DNA of 64,000 nucleotides. Source: an uncultured delta proteobacterium (GTDB taxonomy: Bacteria > Desulfobacterota > Binatia > UBA9968). A model generated the notes under the pieces. It saw nothing but the letters and a program-made list of their open reading frames with translations. It was not told the origin of the DNA and made no database searches. How positions within the stretch are numbered: the first letter of the stretch is position 1; every line of letters starts with the position of its first letter. Both the position numbers and the translations under genes were made by a program. Location: NCBI GenBank assembly GCA_963816145.1, contig CAWFJP010000012.1, forward strand, positions 64,001 to 128,000, given 5' to 3'. Of the stretch, positions 40,386 to 50,749 are shown in pieces.

Positions 40386-42441
40386 ATGAACCAGTCGATC
40401 GATCAATTGTCCATAAATACCATTCGCACGTTGTCCATGGACGCGGTGCAGCAGGCCAACTCCGGCCACCCCGGCACGCCGATGTCGATGGCGCCGGTGA
40501 TGTACGGTCTGTGGCAGCGCCATCTGCGCTATGATCCCGCCGATCCGCTGTGGCCTAATCGCGACCGTTTCGTGCTGTCCATCGGCCATGCGTCGATGCT
40601 GCTCTATTCGACTTTGTATTTAGTCGGCGTGCGCGCAATCGATGGAAAGCAGCAGGTGCTCGATCAGCCGACGCTGACCCTCGACGATTTGCAGAAAATT
40701 TCGCCAGCTCGACAGCAAGACCCCCGGCCATCCCGAGTTCGGCCTCACCGCCGGTGTCGAGACCACCACCGGTCCGCTCGGCCAAGGCGTGGCCAACAGC
40801 GTCGGTATGGCGATCGCGTCGAAATGGCTCGGCAGCTATTTCAACCGGCCCGGCTTCGAGCTGTTCGATTTCGCTGTTTACGCGCTGTGCGGCGACGGCG
40901 ACATGATGGAAGGGATCAGCAGTGAAGCGGCGTCGCTTGCCGGCCACTTGAAACTCGGCAATCTTTGCTGGATTTACGACAGCAATCGCATCTCCATCGA
41001 AGGCAGCACCAGCTTGGCGCTGTCGGAAGATGTCGGCAAACGTTTCGAGGCTTATGGCTGGAACGTTTTGCATGTCGCCGACGCCAACGACCAGGCAGCC
41101 CTCGATCGGGCGCTGGAACAATTTCGTAAAAGCAACGACCGGCCGACGTTCATCGTGATCGAAAGCCATATCGCCTTCGGCGCGCCCAACAAGCAGGACA
41201 CCGCGGCGGCGCATGGCGAGCCCTTGGGCGATGCCGAGATTAAACTGACCAAGAAAAACTACGGTTGGCCGGAGGACGAAAAATTCTTCGTTCCCGAAGG
41301 GGTTCAAGAAAACTTTGCCCGAGTGCTCGGCAAGCGCGGCCGCGAGCTGCGCGATCGTTGGGCGGCGCAGTTCGCTCAATACAAAGACAAAGTATCCCGA
41401 ACTCGCCGAGCAACTGACGGATCATGCAGCGGCGCGAGCTGCCGGCGGGTTGGAACAAAGACATTCCTAGTTTTCCTGCCGATTCGAAAGGCCTGGCGAC
41501 GCGCGATTCTTCCGGGAAAATATTAAATGCCATCGGCAAAAACGTTCCGTGGCTGATGGGTGGTTCGGCGGATCTGGCGCCATCGACCAAGACGCGACTG
41601 ACTTTTGACGGCGCGGCAGACTTTGAAGCCGGCAACTACGCTGCGCGCAATTTTCACTTCGGCGTGCGCGAGCACGCCATGGGTGCCATCGTCAACGGCA
41701 TGGTGCTCTGCGGTTTGCGCGCGTTCGGCGCCGGTTTCTTGATTTTTAGCGACTACGCCCGGCCGGCGCTACGCTTGGCGGCGCTGATGGAAATTCCCCA
41801 GCTGCATGTCTTTACGCATGATTCCATCGGCGTTGGCGAAGACGGACCGACGCACCAGCCGGTGGAGCAGTTAGCGTCGCTGCGCGCCATGCCCGGAATG
41901 CTGGTTATCCGACCGGCAGACGCCAATGAAGTTGTCGAAGCTTGGCGTGTGATTATGGAGATCGAAGCATGAGCCGGTGGCACTGGCGCTGACGCGCCAA
42001 GCGTTGCCGACCTTGGATCGGACGAAATATGGCGCCGCCGCCGGATTGGCTAAGGGCGCGTACATTCTGGCCGACGCCGACGGTGGCAAGCCGCAGGTGA
42101 TCTTGATCGGCACCGGCAGCGAAGTGTCGCTCTGCATTGACGCCTACGAGCAGCTCAAGAAAGACGGCGTCCGAGCGCGCGTCGTCAGCATGCCGTCGTG
42201 GGAACTGTTCGAGCGGCAGACCAAGGAATATCGCGAGCAGGTGCTGCCTTCATCGATAAAAGCGCGCGTCGCAGTGGAGCAAGGTGTGACTTTTGGTTGG
42301 GCGCAATACGTCGGCATGACCGGCGCGGTGATCGGCATGAAGAGCTTCGGCGCCTCGGCGCCGTTTCAACAATTACAGAAGAAGTTCGGTTTCACGGTGG
42401 AAAATGTCGTGGCGGCGGCCAAGGCGCAGCTCGCGAGTTAA
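40386..42441 (+). CDS. tkt: Transketolase; about four single-base insertions split the frame
   Basis: [24 protein letters not shown] and [16 protein letters not shown] motifs across consecutive ORFs. Confidence 0.92.
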
Positions 42442-42443
42442 CC

Positions 42444-42902
42444 ATGCGCATCGTCATCGGCGCCGATCACGCGGGCTTCGATCTGAAGCAGATTATTGCC
42501 GCTTATCTACGTTATCATGGTCACGAGGTGATCGACCAGGGGACTGATAGCGACGAGCCGGTGGACTATCCCGACTTCGCCGAAGCCGTGGCGAAAAGCC
42601 TGCTTGCCGGCGAGGCAGAGCGCGGCCTGCTCATTTGCGGCAGCGGCGTTGGCGCCTCGGTCGCGGCGAACAAGTTGCCCGGCATTCGCGCCGGTTTGTG
42701 CCATGACACCTACTCGGCGCGCCAGGGTGTCGAGCATGACGACATGAATATTCTCGTGCTCGGGGCGAGAATTATCGGCGTCGAGTTGGCACGTGAGCTG
42801 GTGGATAGTTTTTTAGCGGCGAAATTCAACGGCGCAGAACGGCACCGCAGACGCGTGGATAAAATCCGCGCCTTGGAGCAGCGTTACGGTAAATCCACCT
42901 AA
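42444..42902 (+). CDS. rpiB: Ribose-5-phosphate isomerase B
   Basis: IGADHAG, DYPDFA and [13 protein letters not shown] motifs. Confidence 0.95.
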   Translation: MRIVIGADHAGFDLKQIIAAYLRYHGHEVIDQGTDSDEPVDYPDFAEAVAKSLLAGEAERGLLICGSGVGASVAANKLPGIRAGLCHDTYSARQGVEHDDMNILVLGARIIGVELARELVDSFLAAKFNGAERHRRRVDKIRALEQRYGKST

Positions 42903-42914
42903 GGGGGTACGGCC

Positions 42915-44039
42915 ATGAACCCATTGAAAGAGCTCGCTGGACAAGGACAATCGATCTGGCTCGATTACATCCGACGCAACTTGATTCGCAGCGGCGAGTT
43001 AAAGCGCATGGTCGAAGAAGACGGTATCCGCGGCGTCACCAGCAATCCGACCATTTTCGAAAAAGCGATCGCCGGCAGCACGGACTATGACGAGGCGTTG
43101 GGCGCCATGCTGGCGCGCGATGCCAAGGCGCCGGTCGAGCAGCTCTATGAGCCTTTGGCGATCGAAGACATTCAGATGGCCGCCGATGTCTTGCGCCCGG
43201 TCTACGATGCCAGCCATGGCGACGACGGCTATGTGAGCCTGGAGGTGTCGCCTCATTTGGCCCATGACACTCAAAGGTCAATCAGTGAAGCCAAGCGGCT
43301 GCGCGCGGTGGTGGATCGCCCCAACTTGATGGTCAAAGTGCCGGCGACGCCGGCGGGGATTCCAGCGATCGAGCAGTTGATCGCGGATGGGCTGAACATC
43401 AACGTGACGTTGATGTTTTCCATGGCCGATTACGAGGCGGTGGCGCGCGCATATTTAACCGGATTAGAGCGGTGCGCCGAGCCGTCCAAGGTCGCCTCGG
43501 TGGCGTCGTTCTTCGTCAGCCGGGTCGACACCATGGTCGATAAAGAATTAGAAAAAAACGGCACCCCGGAAGCGAGCGCGCTACTCGGCAAGATCGCCAT
43601 CGCCAATTCCAAGGTCGTCTACCGCCGCTTCATGGAGATCTTTCGCGGCGAAGGCTTTGCGTCGCTGCGGCAGCGTGGCGCGCGCGTGCAGCGGCCGCTA
43701 TGGGCGAGCACCGGCACCAAGAATCCGGCCTACTCCGATGTGCTCTACGTCGAGAATCTGATTGGCCCGGAAACCGTCAATACGTTACCGCCGGATACCA
43801 TCAATGCCTTCCGCGATCACGGCAAGATTTCCGGCGCGGTGGTGCAGCAGGGGTTCGCTGAAGCCGATGCGGCGCTGGCGGCGTTGGCCAAGTTGGGCAT
43901 CGATCTCGGCGCCATCACGGCAAAATTACAGCAAGACGGCGTGGCGGCATTTGCCGCCTCCTTCGATCAGTTGATGGCGGCATTGGAGAAAAAACGCCAG
44001 GCGATGGTGGATGACGGCGATGTGGTGAAAAAGGGGTAA
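42915..44039 (+). CDS. tal: Transaldolase
   Basis: GQSIWLD, GVTSNPTIF, KVPAT, SFFVSRVD and RPLWAST motifs. Confidence 0.95.
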   Translation: MNPLKELAGQGQSIWLDYIRRNLIRSGELKRMVEEDGIRGVTSNPTIFEKAIAGSTDYDEALGAMLARDAKAPVEQLYEPLAIEDIQMAADVLRPVYDASHGDDGYVSLEVSPHLAHDTQRSISEAKRLRAVVDRPNLMVKVPATPAGIPAIEQLIADGLNINVTLMFSMADYEAVARAYLTGLERCAEPSKVASVASFFVSRVDTMVDKELEKNGTPEASALLGKIAIANSKVVYRRFMEIFRGEGFASLRQRGARVQRPLWASTGTKNPAYSDVLYVENLIGPETVNTLPPDTINAFRDHGKISGAVVQQGFAEADAALAALAKLGIDLGAITAKLQQDGVAAFAASFDQLMAALEKKRQAMVDDGDVVKKG

Positions 44040-44045
44040 ACAGCG

Positions 44046-45590
44046 ATGGCGATCGACGGCCAAGATTATTTGCACCAAAGCTTGGGACAAGCGAAGAAGC
44101 CGCACGGCTGTATCGTGACGATTTTTGGCGCGTCCGGCGATCTCACCAAACGCAAGCTCATCCCGGCGCTGTATAATTTAGCTCTGGAGAAGAAGCTGCC
44201 GGAGCGCTTCGCCGTGGTCGGTTACGCGCGCAGCGAAATGACCCATGAGGCCTTTCGCGACAAAATGCGCGAAGCGGTGCAAGAGTTCTCCCGTACCGGA
44301 CTCAAAGACCAAGCGGTCTGGGAGCTGTTTGCCTCGACACTTTATTACGTGCGCGGTGGCTACGACGAGGCCGACGGTTATAAAAGCCTGAAAGAATTCA
44401 TCGATGGCTTCGATCGCAGCAGCCGGGTGCTGCCCGGCCGGGTCTTCTATCTAGCGACGCCGCCGGATCTGTACGGACCCGTCATTGAGCGCATTGCCGC
44501 CAATGGATTGACGCCCAAGGAAGCCGACGGCGAGGCGCGCACTCGCGTGATCATCGAAAAGCCCTTCGGCACCGACCTGCAAACGGCGCGGGAGCTCAAC
44601 CGCCGCGTGCATGAAGTGCTCGATGAAAATCAGGTGTATCGCATCGACCATTATCTCGGCAAAGAGACCGTGCAAAATATCATGGTCTTACGATTTGCCA
44701 ACGCGGTGTTCGAGCCGATCTGGAATCGCCGTTATGTCGATCACGTGCAGATTACCGCCGCCGAGAGCGTCGGCGTGGAAAACCGCGGCGGTTACTACGA
44801 AGAAGCGGGCGTCGTGCGCGACATGTTTCAGAATCACCTGATGCAGCTTCTCTGTCTCACCGCCATGGAACCGCCGGTGGGATTTAACCCCGACGCAGTG
44901 CGCGACGAGAAGGGTAAACTGCTCAAGTCGGTACGCGCGATCGCGCCGGAGGAGGTGGCCTCGGCGGCGGTGCGCGGGCAATATGGTCCGGGGCAGTCAG
45001 GCGACCAGAAGGCGCCCGGTTACCGGCAAGAGAGCGGGGTGCAAAAGACTTCGCCGACGGTAACTTACGCCGCGCTAAAGTTTTACGTCGACAACTGGCG
45101 TTGGGAAGGCGTGCCGTTCTACCTGCGTTCCGGCAAGCGCATGGCGAAACGGGTCACCGAAGTGGCTATACAATTCAAGCGGCCGCCGTTGTTGCTGTTC
45201 AAGTCCCATTCGCCGGACAATGTCGAGCCCAATGTGTTGGTCATACGCATTCAGCCGGATGAGGGTGTGTCCTTGACGTTTGAAGTGAAGCCGCCGGGAT
45301 CGACCATGGTCGTCAGTCCGCTCAGTTTGGACTTCAATTACGAGGAAGCTTTTGGCAGTGGTTCGCCGGAGGCGTACGAAACGCTGCTGGAAGACTGCAT
45401 CGAGGGCGATTCGACGCTGTTCACGCGCCATGACTGGGTCGAGGCTGCCTGGGCGTTGACCGACCCGATCATTCAAGTGTGGAACCTGAGCAAGCCGAAA
45501 AGTTTCCCCAATTACGCTGCGGGCACCTGGGGACCGGCCGAGGCCGATGATTTCATGCAGCGCGACGGCCGGCGCTGGCGCCGGCCGTGA
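44046..45590 (+). CDS. zwf: Glucose-6-phosphate 1-dehydrogenase
   Basis: GASGDLTKRKL, EKPFG and RIDHYLGKE motifs. Confidence 0.97.
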   Translation: MAIDGQDYLHQSLGQAKKPHGCIVTIFGASGDLTKRKLIPALYNLALEKKLPERFAVVGYARSEMTHEAFRDKMREAVQEFSRTGLKDQAVWELFASTLYYVRGGYDEADGYKSLKEFIDGFDRSSRVLPGRVFYLATPPDLYGPVIERIAANGLTPKEADGEARTRVIIEKPFGTDLQTARELNRRVHEVLDENQVYRIDHYLGKETVQNIMVLRFANAVFEPIWNRRYVDHVQITAAESVGVENRGGYYEEAGVVRDMFQNHLMQLLCLTAMEPPVGFNPDAVRDEKGKLLKSVRAIAPEEVASAAVRGQYGPGQSGDQKAPGYRQESGVQKTSPTVTYAALKFYVDNWRWEGVPFYLRSGKRMAKRVTEVAIQFKRPPLLLFKSHSPDNVEPNVLVIRIQPDEGVSLTFEVKPPGSTMVVSPLSLDFNYEEAFGSGSPEAYETLLEDCIEGDSTLFTRHDWVEAAWALTDPIIQVWNLSKPKSFPNYAAGTWGPAEADDFMQRDGRRWRRP

Positions 45591-45607
45591 GTGAGTAAGA
45601 CGGAATA

Positions 45608-45709
45608 TCTCCCGCAAAGACGTCAAGCCCGCAAAGGTCGGAGAATTAGGATAAAAATAATTTGTCAGAACTTTTATCGTTGTCCTCCGAACTTTGCGTC
45701 TTAGCGAGA
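45608..45709. repeat. Palindromic repeat, CCGCAAAG variant
   Basis: tctcccgcaaagacg ... ctttgcgtcttagcgaga; related arms at 26250 and 45815. Confidence 0.65.
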
Positions 45710-45908
45710 AAAATTTCCGAATCCGAGTTTTTTCAAATTCCATATCAATTGCGCACACACCACAAATTTTGAACGATGGTAATACAAAGGGGACAAAACG
45801 AGATCGGAGAAATTAGCCGCAAAGAATACAAAGATCGCAAGAATGGGATCAGGGAATGTTCCGGGCGCGGCGTGCTGCGACCACAAGAAAGCTTCGTGAC
45901 CTTCGTGC

Positions 45909-46116
45909 CTCCGTTGAAAATACATGTGCAGGTATTATCCGGGCGACGAATTGGCACGAAGGTTCCGTCATACCGGCGAAAGCCGGTATCCAGGCTTTAC
46001 TCGGCCTCGCAGAATGAGCGAAGATGGATGCCGGCCTTCGCCGGCATGACGAATCGGGGGGGCGTGCAGGGGGGCTGCAATTTCATACTCTGTAGACGAG
46101 CGAAAGCTCATGGACA
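45909..46116 (-). mobile_element. ~200-bp TIR-less mini-element, copy 3
   Basis: cttcgtgc[CT ccgttgaaaata ... gctcatggaca]CTtcgtggtga; the empty site equals 5051-5069. Confidence 0.8.
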
Positions 46117-46136
46117 CTTCGTGGTGAGAAAAAACT

Positions 46137-47138
46137 ATGGCACAGCGCGAACTCGTTCTTGCCGGTGATATCGGCGGCACCAAGACCAGCTTGGCGCTGT
46201 TCTCGGTTAAGGGTGATAAGCTGCATGCCGAGTTGACGCGGACTTTTCCCAGTAAGCGGTATTCAGGATTGGGACCGGTACTGCAAGATTTTCTCGCCGG
46301 CGACGGCCCGAAACTTGACGCGGCTTGTTTCGGCATCGCCGGACCGGTGGTCGACGGCAAAGTCAAAACCCCAAATCTGCCTTGGATGGTCGATACGGCG
46401 GAGTTGCGCCGGGCGCTGAAGCTCGACGCGGCCTGGTTACTCAACGATCTCGAAGCCGGCGCCTACGGTATTTTTACCCTGGGCAACGACGAGTTTTGCA
46501 CGCTTAACGAAGGGACAATGCGCCAGTCGGGTAACAAGGCGTTGATCGCTGCCGGCACGGGATTGGGTCAGGCGATCTTGCACGACGACGGTCATCACTT
46601 TGATCCATTGGCGTCGGAAGGCGGCCATGGCGACTTTGCACCGCGCAACGAACTGGAAATCGACCTGCTGCGCTACCTGATGGGCCGCTTTCAACATGTC
46701 AGTTACGAGCGGGTAGTTTCCGGACCCGGTCTTTTCAATATTTATCGCTTCTTCAAAGAGCGCCGCGGTTTGGCAGAACCGCAATGGCTGACCGATCGCT
46801 TTGCCGCTGCCGACGATGATAGCGCGGTGATTTCGCAAGCCGCGTTGGCCGGCGAGGCGGAGATTTGCGTCAAGAGCTTGGATCTCTTTGTTTCCGTCTA
46901 TGGCGCCGAGGCGGGTAATCTGGCGCTGCGCGCCAAGTCGGTGCGCGGCCTTTACATCGGCGGCGGCATTGCGCCGAAGATTCTCGCCAAGCTCAGAGAC
47001 GGCACGTTCATGCGCGCCTTCGTCGATAAGGGGCGCTATACCGACCTGCTCGCCGCCATTCCGGTTCAAGTGGTTTTGAACGATCAAGCGGCGCTGCGCG
47101 GCGCCGCCTACTACGCCGCTTTCATCGCCCGTGACTGA
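46137..47138 (+). CDS. glk: Glucokinase
   Basis: GDIGGTKT, LLNDLEA, AGTGLG, SEGGH and ERVVSGPG motifs. Confidence 0.95.
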   Translation: MAQRELVLAGDIGGTKTSLALFSVKGDKLHAELTRTFPSKRYSGLGPVLQDFLAGDGPKLDAACFGIAGPVVDGKVKTPNLPWMVDTAELRRALKLDAAWLLNDLEAGAYGIFTLGNDEFCTLNEGTMRQSGNKALIAAGTGLGQAILHDDGHHFDPLASEGGHGDFAPRNELEIDLLRYLMGRFQHVSYERVVSGPGLFNIYRFFKERRGLAEPQWLTDRFAAADDDSAVISQAALAGEAEICVKSLDLFVSVYGAEAGNLALRAKSVRGLYIGGGIAPKILAKLRDGTFMRAFVDKGRYTDLLAAIPVQVVLNDQAALRGAAYYAAFIARD

Positions 47139-47235
47139 CCGAGAATTTTGGCCGGCCAGACGTGCCTTGCGGCTCAACCTTTTTCAAAGTTGTTGATTCG
47201 GGGCCGTGTCGTAAAGCGATAGCCAGCTCCCGCTG

Positions 47236-47832
47236 CTAGAGCGACTTGATCTTCCGCAGCTCGGTGACGATCTGTTGATTGGTCGGCCGTATGTTTTCTT
47301 TCTTTTCGATGAAGCGCCAGCGCACGGCGCCCTGGAGGTCGATCACGAAGGTCGACGGGTAGGGCCAGCCGCGGCCATCCGGATTAAATATGCCGTAGCG
47401 GTCGATGACTTTGTGATCTTTGTCTTCAAGCAGTGGAAAATCGAACTCGCCGTCGAAGCGTTTGCGCAGCATTTCGCCGAACTTTTTCGATTCCTCGCGG
47501 GTATCGACGCTGACCGCGAGGATCTGCACCTTGTTTTTCTGGGCTTTGGTCAAAAGGCTTTTCAGCTTCCCGAGCTGTTCCATGCAGAAGGGTCACCAGT
47601 AGCCGCGGTAGAAAACCAAAACCACGGCTTTCTTGCCGCGAAAGTCAGAAAGGTTGACAGCCTGGCCTTCGACGTTTTCCAACGCGAAGTCGGGCGCGGC
47701 TTGACCGACTTTGATGCGCTCGAGTTCGGTGGCGCTGCCGTTAGTCGGATCTTTGGGGCCGAGTTGGGCGAACAGCGGGTTTGCCGCGAGTACGCCGGCA
47801 ATCAAGCCGGCCATTAACCATCGAGATTTCAC
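47236..47832 (-). CDS. AhpC/TSA (redoxin) family selenoprotein, UxxC; TGA at 47593-47595 read as Sec
   Basis: FYRGYW-TGA-PFCMEQL is in one frame and joins two ORFs; hairpin CAGCT-CGGGA-AGCTG starts 15 nt after the TGA. Confidence 0.88.
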
Positions 47833-47892
47833 TTGTTACCTCCGTCAAGCCGATTAACGATTGGGCCGATCATAAGTTCCTCGAGCGAATAA

Positions 47893-48699
47893 TCAAGGGC
47901 GCGAGCTCGCCGGGACGGTCACGTAGGGACGAAAGCGCCGCTGCGCCAGGTAGCGAAACGGGCCGGGTGCAAACTGTTTGATCCAGCACAAGAGCGCTAG
48001 CGAGCGCGGCATGACATGCTCGGCGGTGTCGCGTTCAATGACCCGGATGATCGCTTCGCTAACCGCGCTGATGCTGACGTATAGCGACTCCGGCGATTGC
48101 GGCTGGCTGTCGCGAAAACTGCTGGCGAATCCCGTATGCACCGGTCCTGGACAGACCAACGAGACTTTGACCCCGAGTGGCTTGAGTTCGTGATAGAGAC
48201 TTTCCGACCAGCCGTTCATGGCGAATTTCGAAGCACTGTAGGCGGCCATGTTGAGTGTGCCGATCTTGCCGGCAACCGAAGAAATGTTGACGATATGGCC
48301 GCTGTGGTGCGCGATCATCGACGGCAGCAGTTCATGGGCGCAGTAGACTGCGCCGAAATAATTGACGCGCATGATCGCTTCAATGGTTGCCAAGTCGGTC
48401 TCGTAGAAGGGTTTGCGCATGCCGATGCCGGCATTGTTGATCAAAATATCGACTCGGCCGTAGTCGGCGAGGACTTTGTCGATCATGCCATGGACTTGTT
48501 CCGGGTCGCTGACATCGCAGCCCATCATCAATGACTCCGGACTGGTTTGGCGCACCTCTTTGAGCACTTCTTTCAGCCGCTCGATGGAGCGGCCGCAGCC
48601 GACGACCACGGCGCCGCGCTTGGCGAAATCAATGGCCAATTGCCTGCCGATGCCGTTGGAGGCGCCGGTGATGAAGATGGTCTGGTCGGTGAAATCCAT
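47893..48699 (-). CDS. SDR family oxidoreductase
   Basis: TGASNGIG, NNAG and YSASK motifs. Confidence 0.92.
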   Translation of the reverse strand: MDFTDQTIFITGASNGIGRQLAIDFAKRGAVVVGCGRSIERLKEVLKEVRQTSPESLMMGCDVSDPEQVHGMIDKVLADYGRVDILINNAGIGMRKPFYETDLATIEAIMRVNYFGAVYCAHELLPSMIAHHSGHIVNISSVAGKIGTLNMAAYSASKFAMNGWSESLYHELKPLGVKVSLVCPGPVHTGFASSFRDSQPQSPESLYVSISAVSEAIIRVIERDTAEHVMPRSLALLCWIKQFAPGPFRYLAQRRFRPYVTVPASSRP

Positions 48700-49019
48700 T
48701 CGCGATAATTGCCGCCGCGCGCCAGGCGCTATTTTCAGTCTATCATCGACCGTCGCGCCACGGACCCTGCGGTGATGTCATCACAGGAATGAAACAATGT
48801 CGCTTTCGACGAGTCAAGGTGAAGCCGAGAAAAATTCACTCATTGATCCATTGCAGCATCGTGAAGCCAATAGCTGCGCTGCCGGCCAAATCCTCCAAGG
48901 GAATTAGTGCGCCCAAGAGCCGGGATTCGACCGCCATTACTTACAGGGCGGCAAAACCTTGTTATTGCCCGAGAACCGACTAGAATGGCGCCACTTAACG
49001 TATCGAGAAAGACCACCGC

Positions 49020-50687
49020 ATGACCGCCGAGTTCAGTCCAGACGAACACAAACGCCTTGAGCCTTTTTTTACCAACCTCGAACGCGACACTTTCGGCCTC
49101 AAGCTGCCCCAGGAGGTCGCCGGCGCGTTATTCTCGCGCTACAGCCGCTCGGCCAAGAGTTTGCGCCGGACTTTCCTCGACGAATTTCTCGGCGATCCCG
49201 AGCTCGCCTTGAAAGATTTGCTCGGCGGCCAGCTTCCCGCCGGCGGCGACAGCGCGGCCTTGAAAAAAGCCCGGGCCTTCTTCGAGCGGGTGCTGGTCGG
49301 CTACGGCGACGATTCCGTGGCGCAGTTGGGCGGCGCGCATGTCGCCTGCGAAAATATTTCCAACGTTGCGGCGAAATTGTTGGAAGACGCGCGCATCGGC
49401 ATCGCGCCGCTGGAAAAATCGACGCGCTATGTGCGCTTCGATCAGAAGGACGCCGCCGGCGATTATCTGTTTTACCGCGAGCCCAAGATCATGGCGTCGC
49501 GCCACCGTGACACTTATCTCGAAGTGATGAATTTGCTGTTCGAGACCTATTCGAAACAGATGGAGCCGATGCTCGGTCATGTCGCCAAGTCGCTGCCCAT
49601 CGAGCAGTTGGAAGTGCGCGATCCGGTGAGCGGCAAAGGTCTGAGCTACGCCGAGGCGGCCAAGGACGAGCGCTTGAAGCGCTGGGCCGAGACCGCTTAT
49701 CGCGCTACGGTGCGGGCGCAGGCCTGTGACGTGCTGCGCAGTTATCTGCCGGCGGCGACTCTGACCAACGTCGGCATGTTCGGCGCCGGCCAGGCGTTCG
49801 AGTATCTAGTCAGCAAATTGTACTCGCACGACCTGAGCGAAGCCCAAGCAATCGGCGCGGCGATTCACGGCGAGCTCAATCAGCTCATTCCATCGTTCGT
49901 CAAGCGGGCGCAGCGCAACGACTATCTAGTAGCGACCACGGCGGCGGCGAAAGCGCTGGCGGCCCGCGCGACGACGATAATACCGGTCGCAACCAACGAA
50001 CCGGTGACGCTGGTCGATTACGATCCGGATGCGGAAGCGAAAGTCATCGCGGCGATGCTCTACGGCCACGCACGCCAGCCGCTGGAGCAATTGCGTCAAG
50101 TAGCCGCGGCGTTGAGCCAAGCGGAGCGCCGGCAAATTTTCCAAGAATTTTTCTCCAAGCGGCGCCACCGCCGCGATAGGCTCTCCCGCGCCTTCGAAAA
50201 CGTCTATTACACCTTCGACATCCTCGGCAATCTCGGCCTCTACCGCGACCTGCACCGCCACCGGATTCTCACCCAGGAACGCCAGGATTTTACCACGGTG
50301 CACGGCTACGACACGCCGCCGGAAATCGAAGAGGGAGGCTTCAAGAGCGAGTTCGACCGTTGCATGGAGCGCGCGGCGAAGTTGTGCGAGCAGATCTACG
50401 CCGATCTGCCGAGCGAAGCGCAGTACGTCGTGCCGTTCGCCTACAAGATCCGCTGGTACATGAAGCTGAACCTGCGCGAAGCCCTGCACATGTGCGAGCT
50501 CCGCACCATGCCCCAAGGCCATCCCGACTACCGTTTCATCTGCCAGGAGATGTGGCGCAAAATCCAATCCGTCCATCCGACGCTCGCCGAGTCGGGAAGG
50601 TTTATGGACTGGCAGAAGTATCGGTTGGGAAGATTGCAGTCGGAGATGCGGACGGAGTTTAAGAAGTCGGCGATGGAGAAATCATAG
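49020..50687 (+). CDS. thyX: FAD-dependent thymidylate synthase, tandem-domain type
   Basis: GYGDDSVAQL, EKSTRYV, DLHRHR and ELRT..QGH..YR motifs; 555 aa corresponds to two ThyX domains. Confidence 0.88.
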   Translation: MTAEFSPDEHKRLEPFFTNLERDTFGLKLPQEVAGALFSRYSRSAKSLRRTFLDEFLGDPELALKDLLGGQLPAGGDSAALKKARAFFERVLVGYGDDSVAQLGGAHVACENISNVAAKLLEDARIGIAPLEKSTRYVRFDQKDAAGDYLFYREPKIMASRHRDTYLEVMNLLFETYSKQMEPMLGHVAKSLPIEQLEVRDPVSGKGLSYAEAAKDERLKRWAETAYRATVRAQACDVLRSYLPAATLTNVGMFGAGQAFEYLVSKLYSHDLSEAQAIGAAIHGELNQLIPSFVKRAQRNDYLVATTAAAKALAARATTIIPVATNEPVTLVDYDPDAEAKVIAAMLYGHARQPLEQLRQVAAALSQAERRQIFQEFFSKRRHRRDRLSRAFENVYYTFDILGNLGLYRDLHRHRILTQERQDFTTVHGYDTPPEIEEGGFKSEFDRCMERAAKLCEQIYADLPSEAQYVVPFAYKIRWYMKLNLREALHMCELRTMPQGHPDYRFICQEMWRKIQSVHPTLAESGRFMDWQKYRLGRLQSEMRTEFKKSAMEKS

Positions 50688-50749
50688 GGGGACTGTCGCC
50701 GGATGCATTTCGGCCTTGCTAAGTCTTTTTTGCATGATAAAAAAGACTT

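Noticed and set aside
41968-41972. Sec readthrough at the TGA in tkt
   Set aside because: The TGA arises from a frameshift (the expected reading is K-H-E-P), not at a Cys position.
40386-42441. tkt, the arsM-like gene, the XDH FAD subunit and SBP 22399 as pseudogenes or recoded genes
   Set aside because: All eight breaks (~15860, 22843, 33740, 33800, 40697, 41390, 41420, 41964) are repaired by deleting one base, with no nonsense codons or other decay. This is most likely long-read insertion error; read mapping would confirm.
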